Below, piece after piece: positions 20,680-31,194 of a DNA stretch of 31,194 nucleotides. Numbering within the stretch: the stretch's first letter is position 1; every line of letters starts with the position of its first letter. The position numbers and the translations under genes were made by a program. The DNA is taken from the sequence record NC_049341.1. One strand, 5' to 3'. The notes beneath the pieces were generated by a model. That model did no database searches. It was not told the DNA's origin and saw only the letters and a list, made by a program, of their open reading frames with translations. This stretch comes from Escherichia phage 503458.

Positions 20680-21515
20680 TCAGAAGTCAGCCAGCTGGTC
20701 GGAGGCTGCGCCCGTTGCGGTGAACCGGTTCTGCGGATCGCCGTCCTGCGTGCGCAGTTTTTCCTTCAGTGCTGCCAGCTCTGTGGTCAGTGAAGTGATT
20801 TTCTGGCTGTCCTGCTGATGGCGGGTTTCCAGTGCATTAAAACGGTCGATAATGTCGGCCTGTGACGTTGCGACGCCTTCCACCGCTTCCTGAATGCGGG
20901 AGAAACTGGCGTCATCCGCTTTGCGGCCACGGCCAATAATCCCCATTACGCGGTTAAACCACTGGGTGCCTTCTTCCTGGCGTTGTTCTGCCATTTCGAT
21001 GATTTCAGACTCGATGGTTTCGGAGATAAGCGGTGCTTCACCCTGGACACCGTTGAACGTCATCACCGCCTGACGTTGCTGTGCCGTGAATTTCAGGCGC
21101 TCAGTGCCCAGGCTTGCCGGGGTGTCGGTCATCGCCAGCCCGACCAGATAGGCGCGCCCGTTAACGGAGAACTGCGGGTGCAGTTCGATACTGGAATAGA
21201 TTTTCTTGCCGTCCGCGACAAGCTGCTTCATGCGCTCGGTCGGTTCGATTTCTGCATACAGCGCAGTACGTCCGGCCAGCGGGCCTTCCGTAATATCTTC
21301 CGTACTCAGCGCGGTGACATCGCCCATTGCGGAAAATTCGCTTGACGGGCATGGCGAGAGATAGTGCTCAACGTTCACGCGGGCAGCGTAAACATCCGGG
21401 TTGAAGTTCTCGGGGCTTCACGCAGATGTACCGGACTGATTTCGCGGCCATCAACAGTTGATCCGGAGACAGCCACGCGAAACTTTTTGCGGGATGTCTT
21501 TTTTTCATTAGCCAT
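20680..21515 (-). pseudogene. O: Capsid scaffold protein gpO with one single-base frameshift near codon 45 (~21415)
   Basis: N-terminus MANEKKTSRKKFRVAVSGSTVDGREI… in one frame, remainder (…NVEHYLS…AYLVGLAMTDTPASLGTERL…) in another. Confidence 0.75.
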
Positions 21516-21669
21516 AGTTTTTGCCCCTCTGACTGGTTCTTCAGTCATGATGGCAAAGCGTAACAGGCTGATACAAAGGGCTTTTGTTGTAAGAAAACGG
21601 CCAGAACAGGGGGTTAAGGAGAACGGTTTCGCGCGCGGGTAATCTTCCTGTAATTACTCAGGGGGAGCA
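21516..21669. promoter_or_regulatory. Divergent late promoter region between O and P
   Basis: Only intergenic space between divergent capsid and terminase operons; no clean TGT-N12-ACA activator box found. Confidence 0.3.
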
Positions 21670-23417
21670 ATGATTCAGGACGCTTTTGTGCGCCAGCGTG
21701 CGCGGCAACTTTACTGGCAGGGTTATCCGCCCGCAGAAATATCACGTCTGATGGGAATAAACCCGAACACGATTTATGCGTGGAAAAAACGCGACCAGTG
21801 GGATGAAACGCACCCGTGCAGCGTGTCACGCAGTCCATTGATGCGCGCCTCATCCAGCTTACTGAAAAACAGAATAAAACAGGCGGTGACTTTAAGGAAA
21901 TAGACCTGCTGACCCGGCAGCTTAAAAAGCTGCATGATGGCCAGCCGGATGTGATGGCCGCAGGAAAGAAAGGCCGGGCGAAAAAACTCAAAAATCATTT
22001 CACGCCGGAACAGATTGCCGCACTGCGGGAAAAATCATCAGCAGGCTGGAGTGGCATCAGCGGGGCTGGTTTGACTCCCTGACCCTTTGCAGGGAAGCCG
22101 GGATACGTAACAGGATGATCCTGAAATCCCGACAGATTGGGGCGACCTGGTATTTTGCACAGGAAGCACTGCTGATGGCGCTGCGTGACGATGTGGCGCA
22201 ACCTTACCAGCGTAACCAGATTTTTTTGTCTGCGTCGCGTCGTCAGGCGTTCCAGTTTAAAAGCATTATTCAGAAGGCCGCGGCTGAAGTTGATGTGGAG
22301 CTGAAAGGGGGCGATAAAATCATCCTCTCCAACGGCGCAGAGCTGCATTTTCTCGGCACTTCTGCTGCGTCGGCACAGTCCTATACGGGCAATTTTTATT
22401 TTGATGAATTTTTCTGGGTCAGTCGCTTTGCTGAACTGCGCAAGGTGGCTGGCGCTATGGCAACCCTCAGCGGACTGCGGCGCACCTACTTCTCCACGCC
22501 ATCCACCGAAACGCACGAGGCATACGCCTACTGGAACGGCGACCGCTGGAACGAGAAAAAGGCCTCGCATAAACGCCAGCGTTTTTCTGTGGACTGGAAA
22601 ACGCTGCATAACGGGCTTATCTGCCCTGACCGGACGTGGCGGCAAATTGTCACGCTGGAAGATGTGGTTAATCACGGCTGGAAACACACCGATATCGACG
22701 AAATTCGTGATGAAAACACCGAAGACGAGTTCCTCAATCTCTATATGTGTGAGTTTGTCCGCGAAGGGGAATCGGCATTTAACCTGAATATCCTGATTGG
22801 CTGCGGCGTTGACGGATACGACGACTGGAAAGACTGGAAACCTTTTGCTCCCCGCCCGATGGGAATCGTCCGGTATGGATTGGGTATGACGCAAACGGCA
22901 GCAGTGGCAACGGCGACAGCGGCGCTGTGTCCGTGGTGGTTCCTCCGTCTGTTCTGGTGGCCGTTTTCGAACGGTGGAGACGCGACGCGTTCAGGGGCTG
23001 GAGTTTGAAGAACAGGCCAGAGTCATTGAAGAGTTCACGTGTCGCTACAACGTGGAACACATCGGCATTGATGTGACGGGCGGGAACGGGGAGGCTGTTT
23101 ATCAGATAGTGAAACGGTTTTTCCCTGCCGCTATTCCGTACACCTTCACGCTGTCATCAAAACGGTCGCTGGTACTGAAAATGCTGCAAATAATGCGTGC
23201 CGGGCGGTGGGAATACGATCGCGCCGAACGCGAGCTGGTCGCGGCCTTTAACGCCGTGCGTAAGGTGAAAACACCGGGCGGCTTTATCACTTACGAAACG
23301 GACCGTGCGAGGGGGATCAGCCACGGCGACCTTGCGTGGGCAACCATGCTTGCTGTCATTAACGAACCGATTGGCGGCGAAGGAGAAAACGAGCGTTTCA
23401 CGGTTATGGAGTTCTGA
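21670..23417 (+). pseudogene. P: Terminase large (ATPase) subunit gpP, split over at least four frames by single-base indels
   Basis: Successive ORFs 21670-21903, 21816-22082, 22115-23008, 22974-23417 read as one terminase-like protein when frames are joined. Confidence 0.75.
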
Positions 23418-24530
23418 TGAGCAGAAAAAATAAAAAATTGCGCATGAGTTCACGCATTGATCTCGCTGATGCGCTCAGGAAAGAATCGTCGCTCAGTGCA
23501 TTCACATTTGATGGTCCTTACCGCTGACCGGGCATGACCTGCTGGACAATATGTACTGTGCTGATAACGGTCGGTGGTATGAAACCCCGGTGGACTGGTA
23601 CGGTCTGGCAAGAGCTGCCCGGCAAACGTCCTGGCATCAGTCTGCGCTTTACTTTAAGCGCAATGTATTACTCGGTTGCTACATCCCGCACCGCTGCTTT
23701 CCCGGCAGGATTTCTCGGCGCTGGACTGGTTTGTGTTCGGTAACGCATTTCTTGAGCTTCGAAGCAATATGCTCGGCGAACCGCTTAAATTACGGCACGC
23801 CCTGGCGAAATACATGCGACGCGGAAGCGATCTTGAATCATGGTGGTATGTGCAGGATGGCAAGGACGCGTTTCAGTTTCGCCCTGGCAAAGTGTGTCAC
23901 CTGATGAATCCTGACATTAACCAGGAAATCTACGGCATGCCGGAATATCTCGGCGCATTACTCTCGGCCAGCCTGTCTCATTCGGCGGACATGTTCAGAA
24001 AACTGTATTACGACAACGGATCCCACGCCGGGTGCATCATCTACATGGTGCAGCGCAGGTAACCGCGAAAGCATGGACTCCCTGAAAGAAACGCTACAGG
24101 GTGCGCGTGGTGGTGGTGCGTTTAAAAACGTGCTCATTCATGCGCCCAACGGGGGCAAAGAGGGGGTGCAAATTTTGCCGTTCCAGCAGATCACCGCAAA
24201 GGATGAGTTCATGAATGTTAAGGCGGCATCCCGTGATGATGTGCTGGCTGCGCACCGCGTTCCGCGCAACTGATGGGGGCGATGCCGGGTGAAAAAAGTG
24301 CGTTTGGTGATGTGGAGAAGGCCGCGCGGGTTTACGCAATTAACGAGCTGATGCCCGTCATGGAGGCCATGAAGCACATCAATGACTGGCTTGGCGAAGA
24401 GGTGATCCGCTTTAACCCTTACGCACTGTTAGACATCCAGCCACATCCTGACGCGCTTCGCTTGTCTGCTGCTTCGCCGGGGCATAAAAAATTTATGCCC
24501 CGATCTCCAGCTCCTGTATCAGTCAGATAA
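23417..24530 (+). pseudogene. Q: Portal protein gpQ, fragmented by several frameshifts; 3' end uncertain
   Basis: ATGA overlap with P; fragments at 23417, 23551, 23676, 24073 and 24273 lie colinear in different frames. Confidence 0.65.
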
Positions 24531-24893
24531 TTTCACGACGCCTTCCAGTTTATCGCCACCATCGACGGTCAGACTCTTACGCAATCCACCGCGTTGACTG
24601 CATGTTCTCGCCGCCTCAGTGCGATTTTGACGGCCTTACCTTTCACCCCATAAATCAGAATCCTCACGTATTTTTCACGCTCAGCGTGAGAAATACGGCC
24701 ATTCTGTCGTGTCGCTGCGATCGTTAAGGAGCGCTATTTACCCCTGAAACGCGGGCTGTTCCCCGTCACCTGCGCGCAGAAAAACGCGTTTTTTTGTGCA
24801 CGCACGGATCCTTGACGGATCCAGCCGCCATGCGGGCCGGAAGTACAAAAAGTCGTTCAAAAAATTGTGCAAACTTGTGCACTATCGTGCAAA

Positions 24894-24917
24894 CAAAAAA
24901 GCGCCTTATCGGCGCTT
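24894..24917 (-). terminator. Possible rho-independent terminator for leftward transcription
   Basis: On the minus strand GCGCC-GATAA-GGCGC followed by TTTTTTGTTTG. Confidence 0.4.
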
Positions 24918-25213
24918 CAAAAGTATCAATTGTTGCTGTGTATTAATCGCCAACCACGAACATATGCTTCATAGGCATCTCTGTGCTTACAGTTCAGCCT
25001 GGCTAAACGGAATGTTAGCTAAAACTAAATCATTCTGAGCCATAGCGCGTCCTTCAAGCGCATCTTTTATGCCTAGCTCAAAAGCACAGGCAGCGCATTT
25101 GTGCCGACCTTCTTGTCCTTGATATTCAGGGAGAGACAGAATGTTGGGTTATAACGATGAGGGTTCTTGCAAATACCTGTTTTAGCCCGCACTTTATTTA
25201 CCTCATAGGAAAA

Positions 25214-25293
25214 ATATGCGTGCCTTTACAGAGGTGCGTGTAAGCAATAAATATACGACGCACATTTTGAACTACTTCGGAAGGCACGCATAT
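25214..25293. repeat. Perfect 13-bp inverted repeat (ATATGCGTGCCTT / AAGGCACGCATAT) separated by ~54 bp
   Basis: Direct reading of sequence; internal region also partly self-complementary. Confidence 0.7.
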
Positions 25294-25320
25294 CAGGTTA
25301 AGTGAGTCCGACCGAGTTTT

Positions 25321-25354
25321 ACGCCCCAATAGTTGCTGCTATTGGGGCGTTTTG
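25321..25354 (+). terminator. Rho-independent terminator (plus strand)
   Basis: ACGCCCCAATAG-TTGCTG-CTATTGGGGCGT 12-bp perfect stem followed by TTT. Confidence 0.55.
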
Positions 25355-25463
25355 CATGGACAATGCTGCGCAATTATCTTGTCGCTCACAATGCGAACGA
25401 TCTTACAAAAAGGCACATTACTGTCAAGTAATTGATCGTTTTAATCGATAGATAATAGACAAT

Positions 25464-25864
25464 CTATTTGTTTAACAGATCGATTATTGAAGTAAGTGTG
25501 CCAAATGGAATGATACTGTTTCTATAAACGTGAGCATTTTTCGCGCAGATGCTTTTACCAGGAAATAACGCCCGGATATTCCCAGCCATCTGGCTGGTTA
25601 TCTTAGCCACTGGTGCAGACTGTGCTTCAAACTTTTTTGAGCTGATTTGTGTCACAGGTAACATCTCATCATCAGCCATGCGGCCAGTCGGTAAGCCTCT
25701 GCCGGATTCATTTTCAGAAGTGCCAGCCCGGCCAGAAAAGCCACGCGTTGGCCGCTTTTGCGGGCTTCCGGTGTAAGGCTGTCCAGCCAGGCGCATGCTT
25801 CGCTTTCGTTCTTGACGGCCGCAGGCTTCAGATAGAAACTTATCCGCCTGGTTGGTGTCGTCAT
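25464..25864 (-). pseudogene. parR: ParR/StbB-like partition adaptor, one frameshift near 25655
   Basis: MTTPTRRISFYLKP…RVAFLAGLALL… then …NIRALFP… in a second frame, resembling plasmid R1 ParR from memory; AAGGAG RBS. Confidence 0.55.
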
Positions 25865-26815
25865 TGGTTTACTCCTTGTCCATTGCGTACAGCCCATTAA
25901 CCAGAGCAAACTGTGGCACCCCGTCCGCGATGAAAGTCGCATTAACTCCGCAGGCTTCGCGGATAGCGGGTGCCACAATCTCCGCCCCGCCACCGACAAC
26001 CATCACCCCCGTAACCCGAAAAACCCGCCAGCGCGCGGATCACGCGTTGTTTCAGTGTTTCTTCCTTTTCACGAATAACCGCCATCAGGCTGGCGTAATG
26101 CGCGTCATTGTGGATGTGCTGGCGCAGCCAGGCTTCATCATGGCGATGTTCGATAATGGTATTGGCGATGTGGTGACTGGTACGCATACCGTTAGTGGCC
26201 ATCACCGACAGTACTGCATCAGCCATCAGGGAAACGCCTACGTGTGGATCGCAAAACACCTGGCTGATACCTGCCAGTTGTCCCTGAACCTTTGCCACAT
26301 CCAGCGTGGTTCCACCTAAATCCACAATCAGCAGGGATTCAAACGGACTCATGTCAGCCAGTGCTTTAAAGCCAGCCGGAATGGATTCAGGCATAACCCG
26401 TACATTACGGATAGTGAATGCTTCGCCGTTCTGGTATTCCACGGGCGCATAACGTTTGCTTTTTTGCGGTTGATGTTGGCCATGTGGCTGTGTCGAAATA
26501 CTCGCTCAGTGGCAGGGTGACAACCACATCCACCTCCTGTGGCGTGATGCCTGATTTGACCAGCGCGTGATGAATGGCAATGACATTCACATCGCTGTAC
26601 TGGTATTGCGTGTCGGTCGTCTGGATAAAGCGATCGCTGACCGGATCAAAACCATAGCGCACGCCATCAAGCATGTAGTTCGCGGGCTGCGTGCCACCGA
26701 ACGGCGCAGACCATTCCGACTTGAAGCTGTTCGGGCTGATGGCGTTGCGGCGTTCGCCGTTCTCAGTCCATGCCAGCTTGATGTTGGTGGAGCCGTCGTC
26801 GATACAAATTTTCAT
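25865..26815 (-). pseudogene. parM: ParM/StbA-like actin-family partition ATPase, at least two frameshifts (~26440 and ~25990)
   Basis: N-terminus MKICIDDGSTNIKLAW…ISPNSFKSEW…YQYSDVNVIAIHHALVKSGI… closely parallels R1 ParM from memory; second fragment contains IVDLGGTTLDV phosphate-2 motif. Confidence 0.7.
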
Positions 26816-26845
26816 GTCGATTTTCCTTATGTTGATTAATTAACC

Positions 26846-26957
26846 GTTTACGGGATTCTGAAATCCCTCTTTTGCCTGTTTTGTGCGTGCTTCATATCGC
26901 GGCACGTTTTTTGCTCATTTACGGGATTTGTGAGTCCCGTTTCTGTCTGTTTTTTGT
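26846..26957. repeat. Two ~40-bp direct repeats, each containing a 6-bp-arm palindrome, upstream of parM (candidate parC-like centromere/operator)
   Basis: GTTTACGGGATTCTGAAATCCCTCTTTTGCCTGTTTTGTG and CATTTACGGGATTTGTGAGTCCCGTTTCTGTCTGTTTTTTG. Confidence 0.6.
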
Positions 26958-27093
26958 TTCCACTGGTCAGGCTACCCCGCAGCAGGTCTGCTTTGCGGTG
27001 GGCGCGTTCAGTGGTTTCACTGATTCTCTGTGCGTGCTCTGCGTCACGGATGGCGCGCAGCATGTCAGAAAGCACGGTAACGGGGGTTTTCAT
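26848..27093 (-). CDS. Small hypothetical ORF downstream of gpA; 3' half runs through the direct repeats, so true extent is doubtful
   Basis: 81-aa ORF in six-frame track. Confidence 0.3.
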   Translation of the reverse strand: MKTPVTVLSDMLRAIRDAEHAQRISETTERAHRKADLLRGSLTSGNKKQTETGLTNPVNEQKTCRDMKHAQNRQKRDFRIP

Positions 27094-27223
27094 GGTGTTC
27101 TGGTCTTGCTGAAGTGTGGATGCCAGGCGTGCGGCGGCTTCAGGGTCTGATGCCCCCAGCTGTTCCAGATAGCTGGCGACCGGGTTATGGCGGATCTCCG
27201 TGCTGCTTACGCCGTGATACGGC

Positions 27224-29547
27224 TCAGGCGTTGCCAGAGCTGCGTGATTCGGCTGTCCGGGCGGGTATCCGGTTTGCGTACAATTTCAAATCCCTGCGGT
27301 GCAATGATGCTGCCGTCAACGTACAGACTGCCGCCCGTAACAGGTGCTGCATCTGCTGTTCACCAATATGCAGGCCGAGAGATTCAGCAGACTCCCGCCA
27401 TTCTTTAGCGAGTAACTCGTGGTTATCAGGCAAAGGCTGTGGCTGTTTGCGGCTCTGTGTCCAGTTCTGCATTTCATCGCTGCTGTTTTTTGCCTGTTTG
27501 TCACGAAGCGAACGCATCAGCGCCCGGCGTTCGTGCCGTTTCAGTGAGCGCATCCATTCGTTCACGTCAACGCCGTCAGGAAGCTGCGGCCACGGTGCTG
27601 GCCGTTCTTCCGGCTGTTCTGTCCCGTTGTTGTCCGTTTCCTGTACACGGGGACAGTTATTGCCACGAGTCCAAGGGGCGGCAGGGCCGCCCTGAAGGTC
27701 AAAACCATTTTCGCGGGCGCTGTCTTCCGCTTCCGGTTTACGTCTTACCAGCTTCCAGTTATCCGGGTGCGTGCACACGCGGGAAGATTCCCCGATTTGT
27801 GGCGACCAGATCCCGTAAATCTGTACGCTTTGCTCGCCGTAATCGTTCAGCTCTTCTGCGAGGTCGTAGGCGGTGCGAATCAGGTAATCCTTGCGTGGAA
27901 CAAGTACGCCACCCTGTTTCTCAATGTAGGTGGCAAAACACCCGGCATCAGCGGCAGCGAGTACCGCATCCATTGCGTCATTTTCCAGACGTTGTGGACC
28001 TTCCGGGCTGCGGGCCATCTGACTGGCAAGGCGGCGGAGTTCACGCCATACCTGACGGGAGGGGATACCAAAGAACTGGAACTGGCGGACGCGGTGAAGG
28101 CGCGCCCAGCCGATGGCGCGTTCCACGCTCTCGGCCATTGATTTTCCGGTTTCGTGATCAACGCGTGGCTTGCCTGTTTTCGGGTCAATGCCATCCACGG
28201 CGCGGCTGTCCAGGTTCTTTCCGATGTAGGTGGCGCGTACCTTTCGAACCGTCGACGTACTCTGCCTTAAAGCGGAGTTATGTCATTGCCCAGCTCGTGG
28301 CGGTCTTCGCGAATGGCAATATCACGGGTGATGTCCACGATGCTGTCGATTTCTTCAGGATGTGCAAAGACCATCATGTGCCAGTGCACGGTGCCGTCAT
28401 GGTGTGGCTCCACCGTGCGGATGCCATACCAGCGCAGGCCGTCGCGGTTCAGTTTTTTGCGGACTAAAAAAAGTGTTAACCAGGTAATCGCTGGAATCGC
28501 GCATGGTGGTGCTGTTCCATTTGGGATTCGGATGACCGCTCTCCGTTGTTGCGTGATATTTTGACGGGCAGGTAACGGTCAGAAATACCGCTTTGTCGCC
28601 ACGGGCTTCGGCCAGAAGTTCCAGCCCCTTCATGGTGGCCATCATTTCTGCCTTACGGTGGACCGGGTTACTTACTCCCGCGTAATACACCGTCTCGAGA
28701 TCAATCGTGAACCCGTCTTCATTTTCCAGCATGAAACTTTTCAGGAAATCGCGTGTTTTCTCGCGCTGTGCGCGAAATTCACTTAATGCGTCCTGACTCA
28801 GATAGGGGGATGTTTTTCTGGAAACCAGACAGGCAGCGCGGAGTTGTTCCTCTCTCCATTCGCAACGTAAAAGCCACAATTTGCGTTTCCACCAGTCCGC
28901 ACAGGTCAGGCGGAGGATTGCACCCGGCAGCAGTTCCGTGTCCGGTTCGTTCTTCCGGTCTTTGTCTGTTGTCAGTGCGTCATAATGCGGCGGCACTGTC
29001 TGCAGATGTAACGCCATGCGGGCCAGCATCTGATACGCCTTCAGCGTTATATCCATGGTCAGCTCGCCGTCGATCGCGCCAAAGTCATCGCAGAGTTTTT
29101 CGAAGGTGCTGCTGAACATCGCCGTCATGACGGCCAGCGTCTGTATCTGGTGCTTGTTGAGCTGTGGCAGGTACAGCAAATCGTCCAGACGTTCACGTCC
29201 GGCAAGGGAGCGATAACCCGGAGTCAGCCAGCGACGGTCGGTGCGGGCCAGACGTTCGAATATTTTGCGCAGGGTTCCGCTCGCATAGCGTTCTGCCTGC
29301 TGGTTCTTTTTGCCTTTCTGGCGGTCAGATTCCTGTTTTTTGCGCAGGAAAGAGAGATGGCGGATAAGCGGATCACGCAGATAGGACGGCAGCAGACGCA
29401 GTGCGGCAATTGCTTCATCCACGCACCGCGTGCCTGCTTTCTGGCTTCTCTTGCCAGTGTGATGGCTTTGTCCTGTTTTTCCTGTGCGTCCAGGCTTTTA
29501 TTAATCAGATTGCCCAGCGGTGCGGCGGAGAACGCCGCATCAGCCAT
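27224..29547 (-). pseudogene. A: Rolling-circle replication initiator gpA (HUH endonuclease), split over at least four frames
   Basis: Fragments 29547-, 29422-28397, an HUH-containing piece (…HHDGTVHWHMMVF…) and 28198-27224 are colinear; tyrosine motif region (EYV…ATYIGK) is split by a frameshift. Confidence 0.7.
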
Positions 29548-29706
29548 TTCCTGGCGGCGCTCGTTCTCTGCCCGGTAGGCATCCAGCCAGGAAGAAAGAA
29601 GGGAGGGACGGACAGACTCCCCCGTCCCTCGCGACCGACTGCATGGCGTGGTTGTTGCCAGTCTCTGATGTACTCCGTTGCCACGCCGACTACTCCGCCT
29701 TGCCGC

Positions 29707-30050
29707 TCAGTGCATTGTGGCAGACGGTAGCCAGCCGCTGGATTGCATGGTGCTCTCTGTGCTGGCATAACGGTGTGTTATGCGAATGCTGTCAGCAATT
29801 ACATCAGCAATCAGAGATGAAGTTCGCTGGTAAATACCCAGTACGGAAGGCGTGCCGCTTTCGATGCGGGAAAGTGTGTAATCCTCCTGGCAGCTACCAA
29901 CCATGTAGCGCCCGTCAATAACAATCTGTCCGTCGGGAGCTGCTGTTCCGGCTGTGATTTCAGATACATTGCATAGCGGTCGAGAACGCGAATACCAAAA
30001 TCGCGCTCGGTTTTCAGCAGGTAATCAAAAAAGTTTTCGGCGAGAATCAT
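29707..30050 (-). CDS. Hypothetical early-region protein (~114 aa), apparent frameshift near 29905
   Basis: ORFs 29811-30050 and 29707-29904 are contiguous in adjacent frames; RBS AAGAGGA before ATG at 30050. Confidence 0.4.
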
Positions 30051-30191
30051 TGCGGCAATCCTCTTGTTGCAGATGTGCGAAGGCCTCCCGCCGCAAGGTG
30101 CAGGAAAGGCCCGGAACAGGAATTAACGGAGTTTGTTTTGCTGCCGGATGAGCTGCTGAAGCCCGACGTGGTTTCCGGCAGTAGGAGGTGC

Positions 30192-30437
30192 TCATGCTCT
30201 GATTTCCCTCAGTAGCTGGTTGAACATCTGGGTTAGTGGGTTGCTACACCCAAACGGCATCGGGTTTACCTGATAAGAAAAGCGACCGCCTGTTTTGCGT
30301 TCTTTTCTTATGACTGAACCGCTGCGCCAGAGACGGCGTAACTCCGCATTAATGGTTGTGGTTGGGGTAATCAGTGCTGCGGCGATTTCTCCACCACTAC
30401 AACCCGGATTGGCAGCGATGTAGTCCAGAATGGTCAT
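30192..30437 (-). CDS. Hypothetical small protein (81 aa), possible winged-helix DNA-binding protein
   Basis: ORF with ATGA-type overlap to the upstream ORF (translational coupling). Confidence 0.5.
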   Translation of the reverse strand: MTILDYIAANPGCSGGEIAAALITPTTTINAELRRLWRSGSVIRKERKTGGRFSYQVNPMPFGCSNPLTQMFNQLLREIRA

Positions 30438-30637
30438 CTGCGTGACTCCTGTACCTGTCTGATAAGATTCACCTGCACCACGTTGGTGGCGCAGAAGTAA
30501 GTGCCGTCAGTGAGATAGATGTGATGTGCATCCTTTTCTGAACGGTGTTTGTCGATTGTGGTAATCAGGCGTTCGTCAACTTCGTATTCACGTCCTCTGG
30601 AGGTGAAACGAACGACAGGAAAATGCTTAATTGCCAT
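30434..30637 (-). CDS. Hypothetical small protein (67 aa; start at ATG 30637 rather than track start 30688)
   Basis: AAGGAGG RBS 6 nt upstream of ATG at 30637. Confidence 0.5.
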   Translation of the reverse strand: MAIKHFPVVRFTSRGREYEVDERLITTIDKHRSEKDAHHIYLTDGTYFCATNVVQVNLIRQVQESRR

Positions 30638-30857
30638 TACGCCTCCTTGGCGTGTGCGAATACCTCCGCGAATGCGGATTGTTTTCACATTTTCTTATTT
30701 AACCTGGAGTCTTATTTGCGCGGTTATTCTTCAGTGAAAAAGCGTTCAATCTTTTTTTACAGAATTAATAATTCGCATAATCCCAATAGCGCAGGCCACC
30801 GAAATAAAACAAGCCATGAGATAAATATACTCATGCAATATTCCCAGTTTATATGGC

Positions 30858-31070
30858 TCAATATGGTCCCGTTTTCTGCGGCGCAGACGAGTACGGAAAG
30901 CTCGTCGAGCGCGTCCGGTCATCAACGTAAAAAGCCGTGTCGTACAGACTCTTGATGGCTCTGGTCAATGACTCTCGGGCTGCGCGTTCAGCATGAGCGC
31001 CTGATGCGTTTAAGCGAAAATGAAAGCGCTCAAGTGCTTTATTGACGAGAGTTTTATATTCTTTATCCAT
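30858..31070 (-). CDS. Hypothetical small early protein (70 aa)
   Basis: ORF in early-region orientation; function not recognised. Confidence 0.4.
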   Translation of the reverse strand: MDKEYKTLVNKALERFHFRLNASGAHAERAARESLTRAIKSLYDTAFYVDDRTRSTSFPYSSAPQKTGPY

Positions 31071-31081
31071 CGCAACGCCCT

Positions 31082-31194
31082 TTAATCTGCCTTCTGAATT
31101 TCAGCTTCTGAATCCATGCAGATAATTTCGAGGTAGGGTTTATCGCCATTAACCTGACGTGCTTTTTCAGCTTCGCTAATAATTTCGCATACGG
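31082..31194 (-). CDS. 3' end of a hypothetical ORF running off the right edge
   Basis: Open reverse frame ending …EIICMDSEAEIQKAD with stop at 31082-31084. Confidence 0.3.
   Translation of the reverse strand, partial: VCEIISEAEKARQVNGDKPYLEIICMDSEAEIQKAD

Noticed and set aside
21995-22894. 299-aa minus-strand ORF opposite terminase gene P
   Set aside because: Antisense to colinear terminase fragments; no recognisable domain.
24600-24640. Possible cos cohesive-end sequence (GGCGGCGAG-like G-rich motif)
   Set aside because: Only weak resemblance to the remembered P2/186 cos 19-mer; cannot be confirmed without alignment.
24796-25038. 80-aa plus-strand ORF in the non-coding region
   Set aside because: Lys/Arg-rich low-complexity product, weak start, overlaps hairpin and repeat elements; more likely non-coding.
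27439-28467. 342-aa plus-strand ORF opposite gpA
   Set aside because: Arg/Cys-rich antisense translation of the replication initiator gene.

Overview
This window is almost entirely a P2-like (Peduovirus-type) prophage. Left to right: tail gene D (minus strand, 3' end beyond the window); the tail operon FI-FII-E/E'-T-U (plus), with an IS100-like IS21-family element inserted in the sheath gene FI; a Gin-family serine invertase with a ~2.7 kb invertible tail-fibre segment bounded by inverted gix-like sites; the block H-I-J-W-V-S-R-lysBC-endolysin-holin-X-L-M-N-O (minus); divergent terminase/portal P-Q (plus); a ~0.9 kb structured non-coding region where cos is expected; a ParM/ParR-like partition locus; replication initiator gpA; and small early-region ORFs. 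Genes at both ends of the window (D, FI, istB, O, P, Q, parMR, A) carry single-base deletions causing frameshifts, while the central ~17 kb is intact. No rRNA, tRNA or CRISPR array was seen. All homology calls are from memory of protein families and reading the six-frame track; no database search was run, and coordinates of frameshifted genes are approximate.
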